The translations under genes were made by a program, and so were the position numbers. Of a stretch of DNA of 64,000 nt, positions 1 to 7,939 are shown piece after piece (position 1 is the first letter of the stretch; each line of letters starts with the position of its first letter). The stretch is from Candidatus Vogelbacteria bacterium RIFOXYD1_FULL_44_32 (GTDB lineage Bacteria > Patescibacteriota > Minisyncoccia > Phycocordibacterales > XYD1-FULL-46-19), in the NCBI GenBank assembly GCA_001823065.1, contig MHTJ01000002.1:156320-220319 (forward strand), given 5' to 3'. The notes beneath the pieces are model-generated. The model worked only from the letters and a program-made list of their open reading frames with translations, ran no database searches and was not told the DNA's origin.

Positions 1-210
1 GTCGGGCTATCTAGACGAAGCCAAAAATACTGGTTTGTTTATGTTTAAAATAAAAGTGGCCGGGGAGGAGCGGGAAGTGGCGATCGTAGTGCTAAAATCC
101 GAACATCTCAAAAAAGATGTGGAGGTGTTGAAGGGGTGGGTGGAGAGAAATTATAAATAATTTGGGCTTAAATTTTATTTAACCCGATAAGGGTAAGATT
201 AAATTATCTT

Positions 211-444
211 ATGGATAAAAATAAATGGACAAAAATATTTGAATTTACAGGATCTGGTTTAGCAATAGTATATTCACTACTGATTGCATCCAATACGGGT
301 AATGAGATACTTGGTTTTTTGCTTCTTCTCATTTCAGCTTTGTTGTTTGCCGGTTGGGCGGTAATAGACCGACGGTGGGCTTTCCTTGCCTTGCAATTTT
401 TCTATATCATCTCAGCGATCATAGGATTAATTCGGTGGTCCTAA
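211..444 (+). CDS. Small hydrophobic membrane protein, hypothetical.
   Basis: 77-aa ORF with two predicted transmembrane segments. No recognisable motif. Confidence 0.3.
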   Translation: MDKNKWTKIFEFTGSGLAIVYSLLIASNTGNEILGFLLLLISALLFAGWAVIDRRWAFLALQFFYIISAIIGLIRWS

Positions 445-668
445 TTAATTATAATTAAAACACCTTAGGTCCTATTAAGTACTTGGGCCGCAAAACCGCC
501 GGAGATTTTGTAGGTAATTTTGTGGCGTTCGATAATATCAATAATCCAGTGAAATGCGGCTTTGGTGTCTCGCATGAGGTAAAAATTATTTTCAGGTTAA
601 CTTATTTTAGCAAAATGTAAATATTACGCCGTTTTTAAGAGATATTATAAAACGGCGTGGTGCTTCCC

Positions 669-1706
669 TTACAAACCACTACTGATGTACTTTGCAATTA
701 CAAAGTTTTTTGTTTCTTCCGGTATTATATAGAACTCAACTTCGTTACCATAATGATCTGGAACATCAAAAATTTTGTGTTTTAATAATGGTCCCCATGA
801 CCATTTAGAAATAACATTTTTTTTATTTTCCATAAGACCAACATGACTGATTGTCCCATCGTGTGCACGATATAAAACCATATCTCCTGCTTTCGGAATA
901 TTCCTATATTCCAAAATATCTTCAGAAATCATTTCATCAAAAACCAATCCGAGATTTCGCGTAAATTTCCATCCAGCATTTCCTAAAAATCGCTGATCAT
1001 TTTGAAGAGCCAACACATATACAAAACAGTTGTAATTTTGATCTTCCTTTGGTGGAGGTGCAATTATTTCAAGTTCTGGTGGAAGCAACGCCCGGGTATT
1101 TTTTTCAAATAATTCTATGCGCCACCAATTTTCCTCGTTTTCAATCGAGACTAGTTTTCCAAGCATTACTCTTAATTTAAAATGATTTTTAACCTTATTC
1201 ATCAGTTTTCTCATCCACTCATCTTTGTATTTTCGATAAAGTTCGTAGTCATTGGAATATTTTTTAGTTAGTTCAAATTTGAGATTACTGTATTCTTCCA
1301 CTATTTCAGGATGAGTACGAAAATAATTTCTCAAATCTAACATGTCTTTAACATGAGGATGTTCGGCCTCGAATACGTGCAGATTAACAAGTCGTGTGTC
1401 ATTCGCTTCTTTAACAAATAGACGCGAACCTTTATTGATATAGTCACCGAGAGATTTATAACCAATACCCTCTATTTTTTTTGATAGCTCATCAGCAATT
1501 TCGATTTTTTCAACAGTAACAAGTATGTCAATTGTTGGTTTTCCGGCAAGTCTAGGGACAGCAGTACTGCCGATGTGTTCGATCGAAATAGCTTCGTTTT
1601 GAAAAATTGGATGCAGAGATTCTGCCTCGGTTTCAAATTGTTTTTTCCATTCGGGATTGTATGGTTCAATAGTATATTTTCGATTTTTATATTCGGTCTT
1701 CGTCAT
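669..1706 (-). CDS. GrpB (UPF0157) nucleotidyltransferase-fold domain fused to a C-terminal NlpC/P60-like papain-fold cysteine peptidase domain.
   Basis: N-terminal HIGSTAVPRLAGKPTIDILV matches the GrpB signature. C-terminal NYNCFVYVLA ... GDMVLYRAHDGTISHVGLM resembles the Cys...His arrangement of NlpC/P60. Confidence 0.6.
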   Translation of the reverse strand: MTKTEYKNRKYTIEPYNPEWKKQFETEAESLHPIFQNEAISIEHIGSTAVPRLAGKPTIDILVTVEKIEIADELSKKIEGIGYKSLGDYINKGSRLFVKEANDTRLVNLHVFEAEHPHVKDMLDLRNYFRTHPEIVEEYSNLKFELTKKYSNDYELYRKYKDEWMRKLMNKVKNHFKLRVMLGKLVSIENEENWWRIELFEKNTRALLPPELEIIAPPPKEDQNYNCFVYVLALQNDQRFLGNAGWKFTRNLGLVFDEMISEDILEYRNIPKAGDMVLYRAHDGTISHVGLMENKKNVISKWSWGPLLKHKIFDVPDHYGNEVEFYIIPEETKNFVIAKYISSGL

Positions 1707-1851
1707 ATTTATTTCAAAAGTTTATTGTTTAAAACCAACATAATATATGTCTGTACATTTTAAACTATAAATGTAATACATAAACTTTTTTGTCGCTTTT
1801 GCAAACCTTGGCGGACTTTGTCACGCCGTAGGTTCGCTTCGGCGAACCGAA

Positions 1852-1904
1852 GGCGGAGGGGGAGAGATTCGAACTCTCGATGCCCTTGCGGCCTGGCGGT
1901 TTTT
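1852..1904 (-). other. tRNA-like 3' half (outer): anticodon 3' stem, long variable arm, T-arm, acceptor 3' strand CCCCTCC plus discriminator G.
   Basis: On the minus strand: AAAACCGCC AGGCCGCAAGGGCATC GAGAGTTCGAATCTCTC CCCCTCC G CC. It follows the second copy of the 40-nt repeat. Confidence 0.5.
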
Positions 1905-1939
1905 CCGCCCGAGGCGGACCCGCCTCGGGCGGGCAAGAC
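1900..1939. repeat. 40-nt direct repeat copy 2 (tttttccgcccGaggcggacccgcctCgggcgggcaagac). It forms an 11-bp hairpin.
   Basis: Matches 2325-2364 except for two substitutions that keep the hairpin base pairs (a/g and t/c). Confidence 0.8.
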
Positions 1940-1953
1940 ACAATTATCTTCCG

Positions 1954-2042
1954 TGCGGAGGGGGTGGGATTCGAACCCACGGTCCCGTTACCGAGACTCT
2001 TGTTTTCAAGACAAGCGCGATCGGCCTCTCTGCCACCCCTCC
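1954..2042 (-). tRNA. tRNA-Ser (anticodon TGA), complete class II tRNA with a long variable arm.
   Basis: Acceptor GGAGGGG/CCCCTCC with discriminator G. Anticodon stem-loop CTTGT CTTGAAA ACAAG. Variable arm GAGTCTCGGTAACGGGAC. T-loop GTGGGTTCGAATCCCAC. Confidence 0.85.
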
Positions 2043-2078
2043 GCACGAAAGACAATTTAATTCTAAAGTATCAGATTT

Positions 2079-2321
2079 TTACAGACCTAGCCACTTTATT
2101 CTTTCTCGACCTTTACCACTTTTTAAAAACAATTCTTCTTTTCGGGCAGAGGTCTTGGTTTCAAATGCTTCGTAATAAACCAATTTCCAAGGTCGTCCAG
2201 CTTTGGTGCTTGTTACTTTTTCGCTATTGTGTTGCCTAATTCTTTCAGGTAAATCACCGCAAGATCCCTTGTATAATTTACCAGTGGTTTGGCTTTTTAG
2301 AATATATACATAATAGAACAT
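2079..2321 (-). CDS. GIY-YIG nuclease family protein (YhbQ/UPF0213-like small endonuclease).
   Basis: YYVYILKSQTTGKLYKGSCGDLPERIRQHN ... YYEAF matches the GIY-YIG core. The ATG sits 3 nt after repeat copy 1. Confidence 0.8.
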   Translation of the reverse strand: MFYYVYILKSQTTGKLYKGSCGDLPERIRQHNSEKVTSTKAGRPWKLVYYEAFETKTSARKEELFLKSGKGRERIKWLGL

Positions 2322-2324
2322 AAG

Positions 2325-2364
2325 TTTTTCCGCCCAAGGCGGACCCGCCTTGGGCGGGCAAGAC
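2325..2364. repeat. 40-nt direct repeat copy 1 (tttttccgcccAaggcggacccgcctTgggcgggcaagac). Same hairpin.
   Basis: Lies between the outer tRNA 5' half and the GIY-YIG ORF. On the minus strand it begins GTCTTG, which is the anticodon-stem end plus the anticodon-loop start. Confidence 0.8.
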
Positions 2365-2394
2365 CGGTGCGATCAACCACTCTGCCACCCCTCC
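2359..2394 (-). other. tRNA-Ser-like 5' half (outer): acceptor, D-arm, anticodon 5' stem, and loop nucleotides CTTG.
   Basis: On the minus strand: GGAGGGG TG GCAGAGTGGTTGATCGC A CCGGT CTTG. The segment CGCACCGGTCTTG is identical to canonical tRNA-Ser(UGA). Confidence 0.55.
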
Positions 2395-2415
2395 AGGTGC
2401 CCGCGTGGAAGCGGG

Positions 2416-2766
2416 TTATTGATTTGTCAGATTACTTTGTGATACTTCTGGGACTGGTGCTGGGGTGGTAGGGGCCGGTGTTGTTACTGGAGTGGCGGGG
2501 GCCGAAGTAGGGGCGACTGGTGCCGTTGGGCTTGGTGGCACGACTGGAATAATTTTCTGGCTCCAGATTTTGGCCACTAAAGCGAGATAAATTATTTCCA
2601 ACAGACCAGCGGTGTTGATAAACATTAAAGCAATAAACCAAATTTTCTCCCCACGTTTGGCGGCATGCCACAACGCTACCGCTTTCCACACTACCGACCA
2701 AATGACCAACATTAAAATTGCTGACCAAATAAAACCAGCGGTTAAAAATGAAATGGACTGTTCCAT
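2416..2766 (-). CDS. Membrane protein with a Pro/Thr/Ala-rich N-terminal tail, hypothetical.
   Basis: Three transmembrane helices and a low-complexity PTAPV repeat region. Confidence 0.4.
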   Translation of the reverse strand: MEQSISFLTAGFIWSAILMLVIWSVVWKAVALWHAAKRGEKIWFIALMFINTAGLLEIIYLALVAKIWSQKIIPVVPPSPTAPVAPTSAPATPVTTPAPTTPAPVPEVSQSNLTNQ

Positions 2767-2822
2767 AGGGCTATCATAGCAAAAAACCTCTTAAAATCAA
2801 CAAAATATGCTATCATCTTTTT

Positions 2823-3218
2823 ATGCGAATGTTGGGAATTGACTATGGGACGAAAAAAATTGGCTTGGCTTTGTCCGACGAGCGGGGGCGTTTTGCCTCA
2901 CCATATTCCGTGATTGCGACCAATCAGAAGACACTGAAAACCGTGGTGGCTATTTGTCATCAGGAGGAAATTACTAAAATTGTAATTGGTAAATCGCTAA
3001 ACTATGAGGGGACACCAAATGCGGTTCAAGCCGAGGCGGAAAAGTTTGCCAAGACACTAGGTGAAGCGACCGGATTGCCCATTGCCTTTGAATTGGAAGT
3101 GTTGACTACCAAAGAAGCGGAACGGGATATTGGGCGGGATGAGCTGACCGATGCCCGGGCCGCCGCCCTAATTTTAAAAAGTTATATTGATAGACAACAA
3201 AATGACGGAAATAAATAG
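2823..3218 (+). CDS. ruvX: Holliday-junction resolvase-like protein YqgF/RuvX (putative pre-16S rRNA nuclease).
   Basis: MLGIDYGTKKIGLALSD ... matches the YqgF N-terminus. Length 131 aa. Confidence 0.85.
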   Translation: MRMLGIDYGTKKIGLALSDERGRFASPYSVIATNQKTLKTVVAICHQEEITKIVIGKSLNYEGTPNAVQAEAEKFAKTLGEATGLPIAFELEVLTTKEAERDIGRDELTDARAAALILKSYIDRQQNDGNK

Positions 3219-3819
3219 TGAAGAAAGGAAACAAAAAAATAGTTGGAGCGACTCTATCCGCCAATGGTCGGTGGTCCATGCCGATGAAAAATCTACATCG
3301 TGGTGGTTGGGGGCGTTGTCTTTTACTGAAAGTTCATTTTTTCCCATCCCGCCAGATGTAATGCTGGTAGCTATATTGACCGCTAGCCGGCGTTGGGCGT
3401 ATTACGCTTTGGTCACCACTCTCGGTTCGGTGGCTGGCGGTGTGGCAGGGTATTTTATCGGCCACTTTTTCTTTGATCTGGTGGGGGTAAAAATTATTGC
3501 GTTTTATCATTTACAAGACGAAATGCAAAAGGTGGGCGAGCTGTATGCGGATAATGCTTTCTGGTCTATTTTTGTTGCGGCCTTCACGCCTATACCTTAT
3601 AAAGTTTTCACTATTTCGGCTGGGTTTTTCAAAATTAATTTTTTAACTTTTATTTTCGCTTCCATTATCGGTCGGGGGTTAAGATTTTTTATCGTTGGTT
3701 ATTTAATGAAAATGTTTGGGCATCTTATGGGTGAGACAATCTATAAATATTTTAATATTTTCAGTCTGCTGGTGGCGGTAGCCATTGTCGGTGGAATATT
3801 ACTTTTGTATCTACTTTAG
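3187..3819 (+). CDS. DedA/YqaA-family (VTT domain) membrane protein.
   Basis: FFPIPPDVMLVAILTA ... GYFIG matches the DedA/YqaA core. The ORF overlaps ruvX by 32 nt, so the true start is probably internal. Confidence 0.55.
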   Translation: MIDNKMTEINSEERKQKNSWSDSIRQWSVVHADEKSTSWWLGALSFTESSFFPIPPDVMLVAILTASRRWAYYALVTTLGSVAGGVAGYFIGHFFFDLVGVKIIAFYHLQDEMQKVGELYADNAFWSIFVAAFTPIPYKVFTISAGFFKINFLTFIFASIIGRGLRFFIVGYLMKMFGHLMGETIYKYFNIFSLLVAVAIVGGILLLYLL

Positions 3820-3860
3820 ATTGAAAATCGGTCTAAATTGGGCTAATCTAATAGACGATT

Positions 3861-3912
3861 GCCCCTGTAGTTAAATGGATATAACTGCGGACTTCCCCGC
3901 CTGCCAAAGCAT
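3861..3912 (+). other. tRNA-like 5' half (outer), paralogous to the 5' part of the adjacent tRNA-Arg.
   Basis: GCCCCTG TA GTTA AATGGATA TAAC TGCGG ACTTCC... It has no T-arm. It differs from the inner tRNA at acceptor position 4 (T to C). Confidence 0.45.
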
Positions 3913-3984
3913 GCCTCTGTAGTTCAATGGATAGAACACCGGACTTCTAAGCCGGTTATGTGGGTTCGATTCCCCCCAGAGGCA
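3913..3984 (+). tRNA. tRNA-Arg (anticodon TCT).
   Basis: GCCTCTG TA GTTC AATGGATA GAAC A CCGGA CTTCTAA GCCGG TTAT GTGGG TTCGATT CCCCC CAGAGGC A. Confidence 0.85.
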
Positions 3985-3986
3985 CA

Positions 3987-4048
3987 ATTAAATAAAGGCA
4001 TGGCGGGCAGGTAAGCCCGAGATGGGGGTTCGATTCCTGGCGGGGGCA
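3987..4048 (+). other. tRNA-like 3' half (outer): T-loop GGGGGTTCGATTCC and acceptor 3' strand CGGGGGC plus discriminator A.
   Basis: The 3' strand CGGGGGC pairs with the outer 5' GCCCCTG (7 bp including one G.U). The substitutions are compensatory relative to the inner tRNA. Confidence 0.45.
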
Positions 4049-4088
4049 CCCGAAATATTTTCTTTAGATAGGTGTATTATAGTAAGAC

Positions 4089-4652
4089 ATGCCCACATAT
4101 GATGGCCTATCCGACGAAGCTTTGGCGTTAGAAACTCAAGGCGGCAATAAAGACGCCTATGGCGAGCTAGTTCGCCGTTTTGAAAAAAAGATTGGCCGCT
4201 ATGCGCGAAAATTTGTTGCCGACAGCGATGCAATCGACGACTTGGTCCAAGATGTTTTTATCAAGGCCTATATCAATATCAATAGTTTTGATGTCGGTAA
4301 AAGATTTTCGCCGTGGCTCTATCGCATTGCCCACAATGAATTTGTTAATGCTTTACGGAAGAAAAAATCCATCCCGTTTTCCTTTTTTGAATACGATGTC
4401 CTTTTACCTAAACTCTCTGATAGTTTAAAAGCATCTGATTTGGCCGAAACTGAGGAAATAAAAAGATTAGTTGATTCATCGGTCCAAGATTTGCCCCCAA
4501 AATATCGGGAACCGTTGCTCCTTTTTTATTTTGAGGAACTGGATTATGAGGCGATTGCTGATGTGCTCGCTATCCCGGTGGCAACTGTGGGGGTGCGTCT
4601 TATGCGCGGGCGCGATTTACTAAAGAAAAAACTGCATAATATTAATAATTAA
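4089..4652 (+). CDS. RNA polymerase sigma-70 factor, ECF subfamily.
   Basis: Region 2 DLVQDVFIKAY ... PWLYRIAHNEFVNALRK and region 4 YEAIADVLAIPVATVGVRLMRGRDLLKK. Confidence 0.85.
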   Translation: MPTYDGLSDEALALETQGGNKDAYGELVRRFEKKIGRYARKFVADSDAIDDLVQDVFIKAYININSFDVGKRFSPWLYRIAHNEFVNALRKKKSIPFSFFEYDVLLPKLSDSLKASDLAETEEIKRLVDSSVQDLPPKYREPLLLFYFEELDYEAIADVLAIPVATVGVRLMRGRDLLKKKLHNINN

Positions 4653-4658
4653 AAGCTT

Positions 4659-5444
4659 ATGAATAATAACAACCCAAAAACACCACTAAATATTGCCGAG
4701 GTGATTGTAGCCAAAATAAATCTGGCCGAGATCAAAACTAAACCCAAACTCTTTTTTATGGCCAAGAGTGGGTTGGTGGTGGCGATGGTGATTTTTCTCT
4801 TTCTCTTTGCCTTGTATGCGGTCAGTCTTATTTCTTTTATTCTGCGGTCTAATGGCATCTTGGGGGCGCCAAACCTGGGCTGGTGGGGGGTGGGTCTAGT
4901 GCTCAATTCTTTACCGTGGTTACTTATTTTGCTGGCAGTTTTGGCGATTATTATTTTAGAAATCACAGTAGGGCATTTCCGCTTTGCTTACCGGCGACCA
5001 GCTTTATACTCACTATTAGGAGTAATTATATTGGTGATTGGAGGCAGTGTGCTCGCCGAACAAATGGAAGTACATGCCAGGTTATACCGCCGAGCGGTGG
5101 ACAATCGGTTGCCAATATTTACGCCAATTTATCGTGACTACGATATGATGCCGATTGTGGGCCACCATCGTGGTCAAGTGGAAAAACTAGAAGAAACAGG
5201 CTTTTGGTTGCGGGAAAATAAAACTGCTAAAAAATTTGAAGTGGTGATTTTACCGGCGACTCGTCTGATGATACCGACGGGGGAAGAAATAGAGGTTGGG
5301 GAGCGGGTAATTGTGTTGGGTGACACTGATGGTGAGGTTATAGAAGCGAGGGCGGTCCTAGTGCCCCCAGACGATTTGCCAGATTTTTCGCGTCCAGCTA
5401 TGAGACGGCAAATGATGGAGCAAAGATTTGAAATAAAAGACTAA
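4659..5444 (+). CDS. Membrane protein immediately downstream of the ECF sigma factor (possible anti-sigma factor).
   Basis: Multiple transmembrane helices. The gene starts 7 nt after the sigma-factor stop. No conserved motif. Confidence 0.35.
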   Translation: MNNNNPKTPLNIAEVIVAKINLAEIKTKPKLFFMAKSGLVVAMVIFLFLFALYAVSLISFILRSNGILGAPNLGWWGVGLVLNSLPWLLILLAVLAIIILEITVGHFRFAYRRPALYSLLGVIILVIGGSVLAEQMEVHARLYRRAVDNRLPIFTPIYRDYDMMPIVGHHRGQVEKLEETGFWLRENKTAKKFEVVILPATRLMIPTGEEIEVGERVIVLGDTDGEVIEARAVLVPPDDLPDFSRPAMRRQMMEQRFEIKD

Positions 5445-5532
5445 ACCGGTTTGTAATACTAAATTAGATGCCGGAGGTGTCTGGACGCTTAGCGCGAGCG
5501 TCTTAAATATTAAAATTAATTTAATTAAAAAA

Positions 5533-6006
5533 ATGAAACACAAAAAATGGTTGGCTTATAGTTTGATGCCCGCTTTGGCTCTGTTTATTTTAGGAGCTGA
5601 CACAGCCGCGGCTCAAGGTTTTGGTTTTGGGCTAGGGGGTAAAAATGTTGATCCAACCGAAGCGGCGGACCGACTACAAGAGATGTTTGCTAGCCAGGCC
5701 AAAGTCTTAGGTTTGGAAGTGTCGGACATAAAAGAAGCGTGGGCTGAAGGTAAAACAATTAAAGAACTGGCCGATGAGAAAGGTATAGATCTAAACACCC
5801 TGCGTGACAAAATGAAAGCGCAGAGGTTGGTTGATATGAAAGCACACCTACAGGCTTTAGTAGACAAGGGGGTGATTACCCAAACTCAAGCCAACAAACG
5901 TTTGGAGTTTATGCAAAAAGCAACAGATAAAATAAAAGATAAGGCTGAAAAGACTGGTGGGCGGGGCTGGAAAATGATGGGCGGGCCGATGATGGGATGG
6001 TTTTAG
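5533..6006 (+). CDS. Secreted hypothetical protein with a signal peptide.
   Basis: N-terminal hydrophobic segment ending AAAQG. Charged helical remainder. Terminator follows. Confidence 0.4.
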   Translation: MKHKKWLAYSLMPALALFILGADTAAAQGFGFGLGGKNVDPTEAADRLQEMFASQAKVLGLEVSDIKEAWAEGKTIKELADEKGIDLNTLRDKMKAQRLVDMKAHLQALVDKGVITQTQANKRLEFMQKATDKIKDKAEKTGGRGWKMMGGPMMGWF

Positions 6007-6022
6007 ATTTTATTAGATTTTT

Positions 6023-6062
6023 AAAACCCACCCGAGACACGGCCGTGTCTCGGGTGGGTTTT
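6023..6062 (+). terminator. Rho-independent terminator.
   Basis: aaaacccacccgagacacggccgtgtctcgggtgggtttt is a perfect hairpin with a T-run. Confidence 0.8.
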
Positions 6063-6104
6063 ACTTGAAAAAGACCAAAAATGTGCTAAAGTTTTGCCAT
6101 TGAT

Positions 6105-6177
6105 GGGCGATTAGCTCAGTTGGTAGAGCAGCGCTTTTACACAGCGAAGGTCAGAGGTTCAAGTCCTCTATCGCCCA
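6105..6177 (+). tRNA. tRNA-Val (anticodon TAC).
   Basis: GGGCGAT TA GCTCAGTTGGTAGAGC A GCGCT TTTACAC AGCGA AGGTC AGAGGTTCAAGTCCTCT ATCGCCC A. A terminator hairpin follows at 6187-6208. Confidence 0.9.
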
Positions 6178-6240
6178 CAAGAAAAGAAAAACCGCTCACG
6201 CGGTTTTTCTTTCAATTCTTTTATTTGTTACAGTACTCTT

Positions 6241-6975
6241 ATGAACTTCCAACCGGAAATTATTTATCAAGACCAAGATGTGCTGGTCATCAACAAGCCC
6301 GCTGGCCTGGCGGTGCATTCTGACGGCCACAAAGCTGAGCTGACTTTGGCCGACTGGGTAGCGGGACAGTTTCCCCAAGCAGTGGAAGTCGGGGAACCCA
6401 TGACTTTGCCCGACGGGCGGATTATCGCTCGACCCGGTATTGTCCATCGACTGGATCGTGATACGAGTGGGGTAATGATTATTGCTTTAAATCAGCCAGC
6501 TTTCTTGTGGCTCAAAGACCAGTTTCAAAATCGCCGAGCCGAAAAGACTTACCACGCTATTTTATATGGCCAGTTTGCTGATCCGGACAAAGAGCAGACG
6601 ATAGATTTGCCGATTGGCCGAAGTTTAAGAGATCCACGCGTGCGGGTGGCAAGTAAAAAAGCGGCCAGTAATCTGCGTGAGGCGGTGACAGTGTTTCGGG
6701 TTTTAGAAACAATTGGTGATTATTCTTATGTTGAAGCTAAACCGAAAACCGGCCGGACCCACCAGCTCCGCACCCATTTTAAAGCCCTACAACATCCGAT
6801 AGTTTGTGACCATTTATATGCCAAGGGTAAGGTTTGTCCGCCTAGCTTGGCCAGGCAGGCTCTACACGCTCTACGGCTTAAGATTGCTCTGCCAGGGGGA
6901 TCGATAAAAGAGTTTGAGGCCCCTCTACCTGATGATATAAAAACCACTCTTGATAACCTCCGTTTGTCGTGCTAG
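6241..6975 (+). CDS. RluA-family pseudouridine synthase.
   Basis: VINKPAGLAVH ... HRLDRDTSGVMIIA ... GRTHQLRTHF. Confidence 0.85.
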   Translation: MNFQPEIIYQDQDVLVINKPAGLAVHSDGHKAELTLADWVAGQFPQAVEVGEPMTLPDGRIIARPGIVHRLDRDTSGVMIIALNQPAFLWLKDQFQNRRAEKTYHAILYGQFADPDKEQTIDLPIGRSLRDPRVRVASKKAASNLREAVTVFRVLETIGDYSYVEAKPKTGRTHQLRTHFKALQHPIVCDHLYAKGKVCPPSLARQALHALRLKIALPGGSIKEFEAPLPDDIKTTLDNLRLSC

Positions 6976-6987
6976 ACTACCCCCGTT

Positions 6988-7488
6988 ATGCAAGCAACTA
7001 TATTTAAAGTCTCGCCGGTTGATATGGCTAAGCGCCAAAAGCTAGAGATTGCCTCTGGTAATACTGTGCGAGTGCACCAAAAGATTCAAGAAAAGGGTAA
7101 AACCCGCATTCAGATTTTTGAGGGGCTGATTATTGCCCGCAAACATGGCTCCGAAGCCGGTGCTACTTTCACGGTGCGTAAAGTGGCCTCGGGGGTGGGG
7201 ATGGAAAAGACTTTTCCCCTTTATTCACCTATGATTGATAAGATTGAGATTGTAAGAAAGTCCAAAGTCCGTCGCTCCAAGCTTTACTATATTCGCGACA
7301 AAGCCGCCAAAGAAATTCGCCGGCGCATGAAGCAGGTTTTGGGTGGGCGAACCGATGTTGAAGAAGAGGCGGTTGCTGGGCCGGAAGAAACACCAGCAGA
7401 AGTAGAAGAGGTAAAAGCTGAAGAAGTTACACCAGTTGAAACCGAAACTCAAACTGAAGAATCAACAGAGGAACCAAAAACTGAATAA
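6988..7488 (+). CDS. rplS: 50S ribosomal protein L19 with an acidic C-terminal extension.
   Basis: [31 protein letters not shown] ... [44 protein letters not shown]. Confidence 0.85.
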   Translation: MQATIFKVSPVDMAKRQKLEIASGNTVRVHQKIQEKGKTRIQIFEGLIIARKHGSEAGATFTVRKVASGVGMEKTFPLYSPMIDKIEIVRKSKVRRSKLYYIRDKAAKEIRRRMKQVLGGRTDVEEEAVAGPEETPAEVEEVKAEEVTPVETETQTEESTEEPKTE

Positions 7489-7566
7489 TTTAAAATCAAA
7501 AAAAACAAGCTCATAAGACAGCTTGTTTTTTGGTTAATTTTAAATACAATTAGCCTGTGTACAAAT

Positions 7567-7650
7567 GCCCGAGTGCGGAAATTGGTAGACCGGCTACCTT
7601 GAGGTGGTAGTGCCCGCAAGGGCGTGGAGGTTCGACTCCTCTCTCGGGCA
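7567..7650 (+). tRNA. tRNA-Leu (anticodon GAG), class II.
   Basis: GCCCGAG TG ... CTACC TTGAGGT GGTAG, long variable arm TGCCCGCAAGGGCG, GGAGGTTCGACTCCTCT CTCGGGC A. A terminator hairpin lies at 7652-7685. Confidence 0.85.
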
Positions 7651-7939
7651 CAAAAACAAAAACCACTTTTGTGGTTTTTGTTTTTGTGCCCGAGAGCAAG
7701 CCAACTGCTTGGCTTGCGTAGAGGAGTCGAAAGACTTTTCGTTACCGAGCACCTGAAAAAGGTGCCTCGGTCGAAAAGTACCCGCCCCCGTAGGGGGAGA
7801 GTCCTCTCGCTAGGCAAAAGTTGTAGCCGAGTCCTCCTTCCATTTGCATTTTATTTCAGATATGGTATAATATTAAGTAGATGAACTTGGGGTTTCGGAT
7901 TCTGTCCTATCCTAGTAAGGGTGGAGAAAGGAGTCAAAA

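Noticed and set aside
1900-1939. The 40-nt hairpin repeat interpreted as a pair of rho-independent terminators.
   Set aside because: The T-run lies 5' of the hairpin on the plus strand and an A-run lies 3' on the minus strand, so neither orientation gives hairpin then U-tract. The two copies sit inside and at the anticodon loop rather than after a gene end.
1765-2239. ORFs of 96, 80 and 119 aa on both strands (1765-2055, 1818-2060, 1880-2239).
   Set aside because: They lie entirely over the tRNA-Ser gene, the tRNA halves and the GC-rich hairpin repeat. They have no ribosome-binding site, and their Arg/Pro/Gly-rich translations are typical of reading through structured RNA genes.
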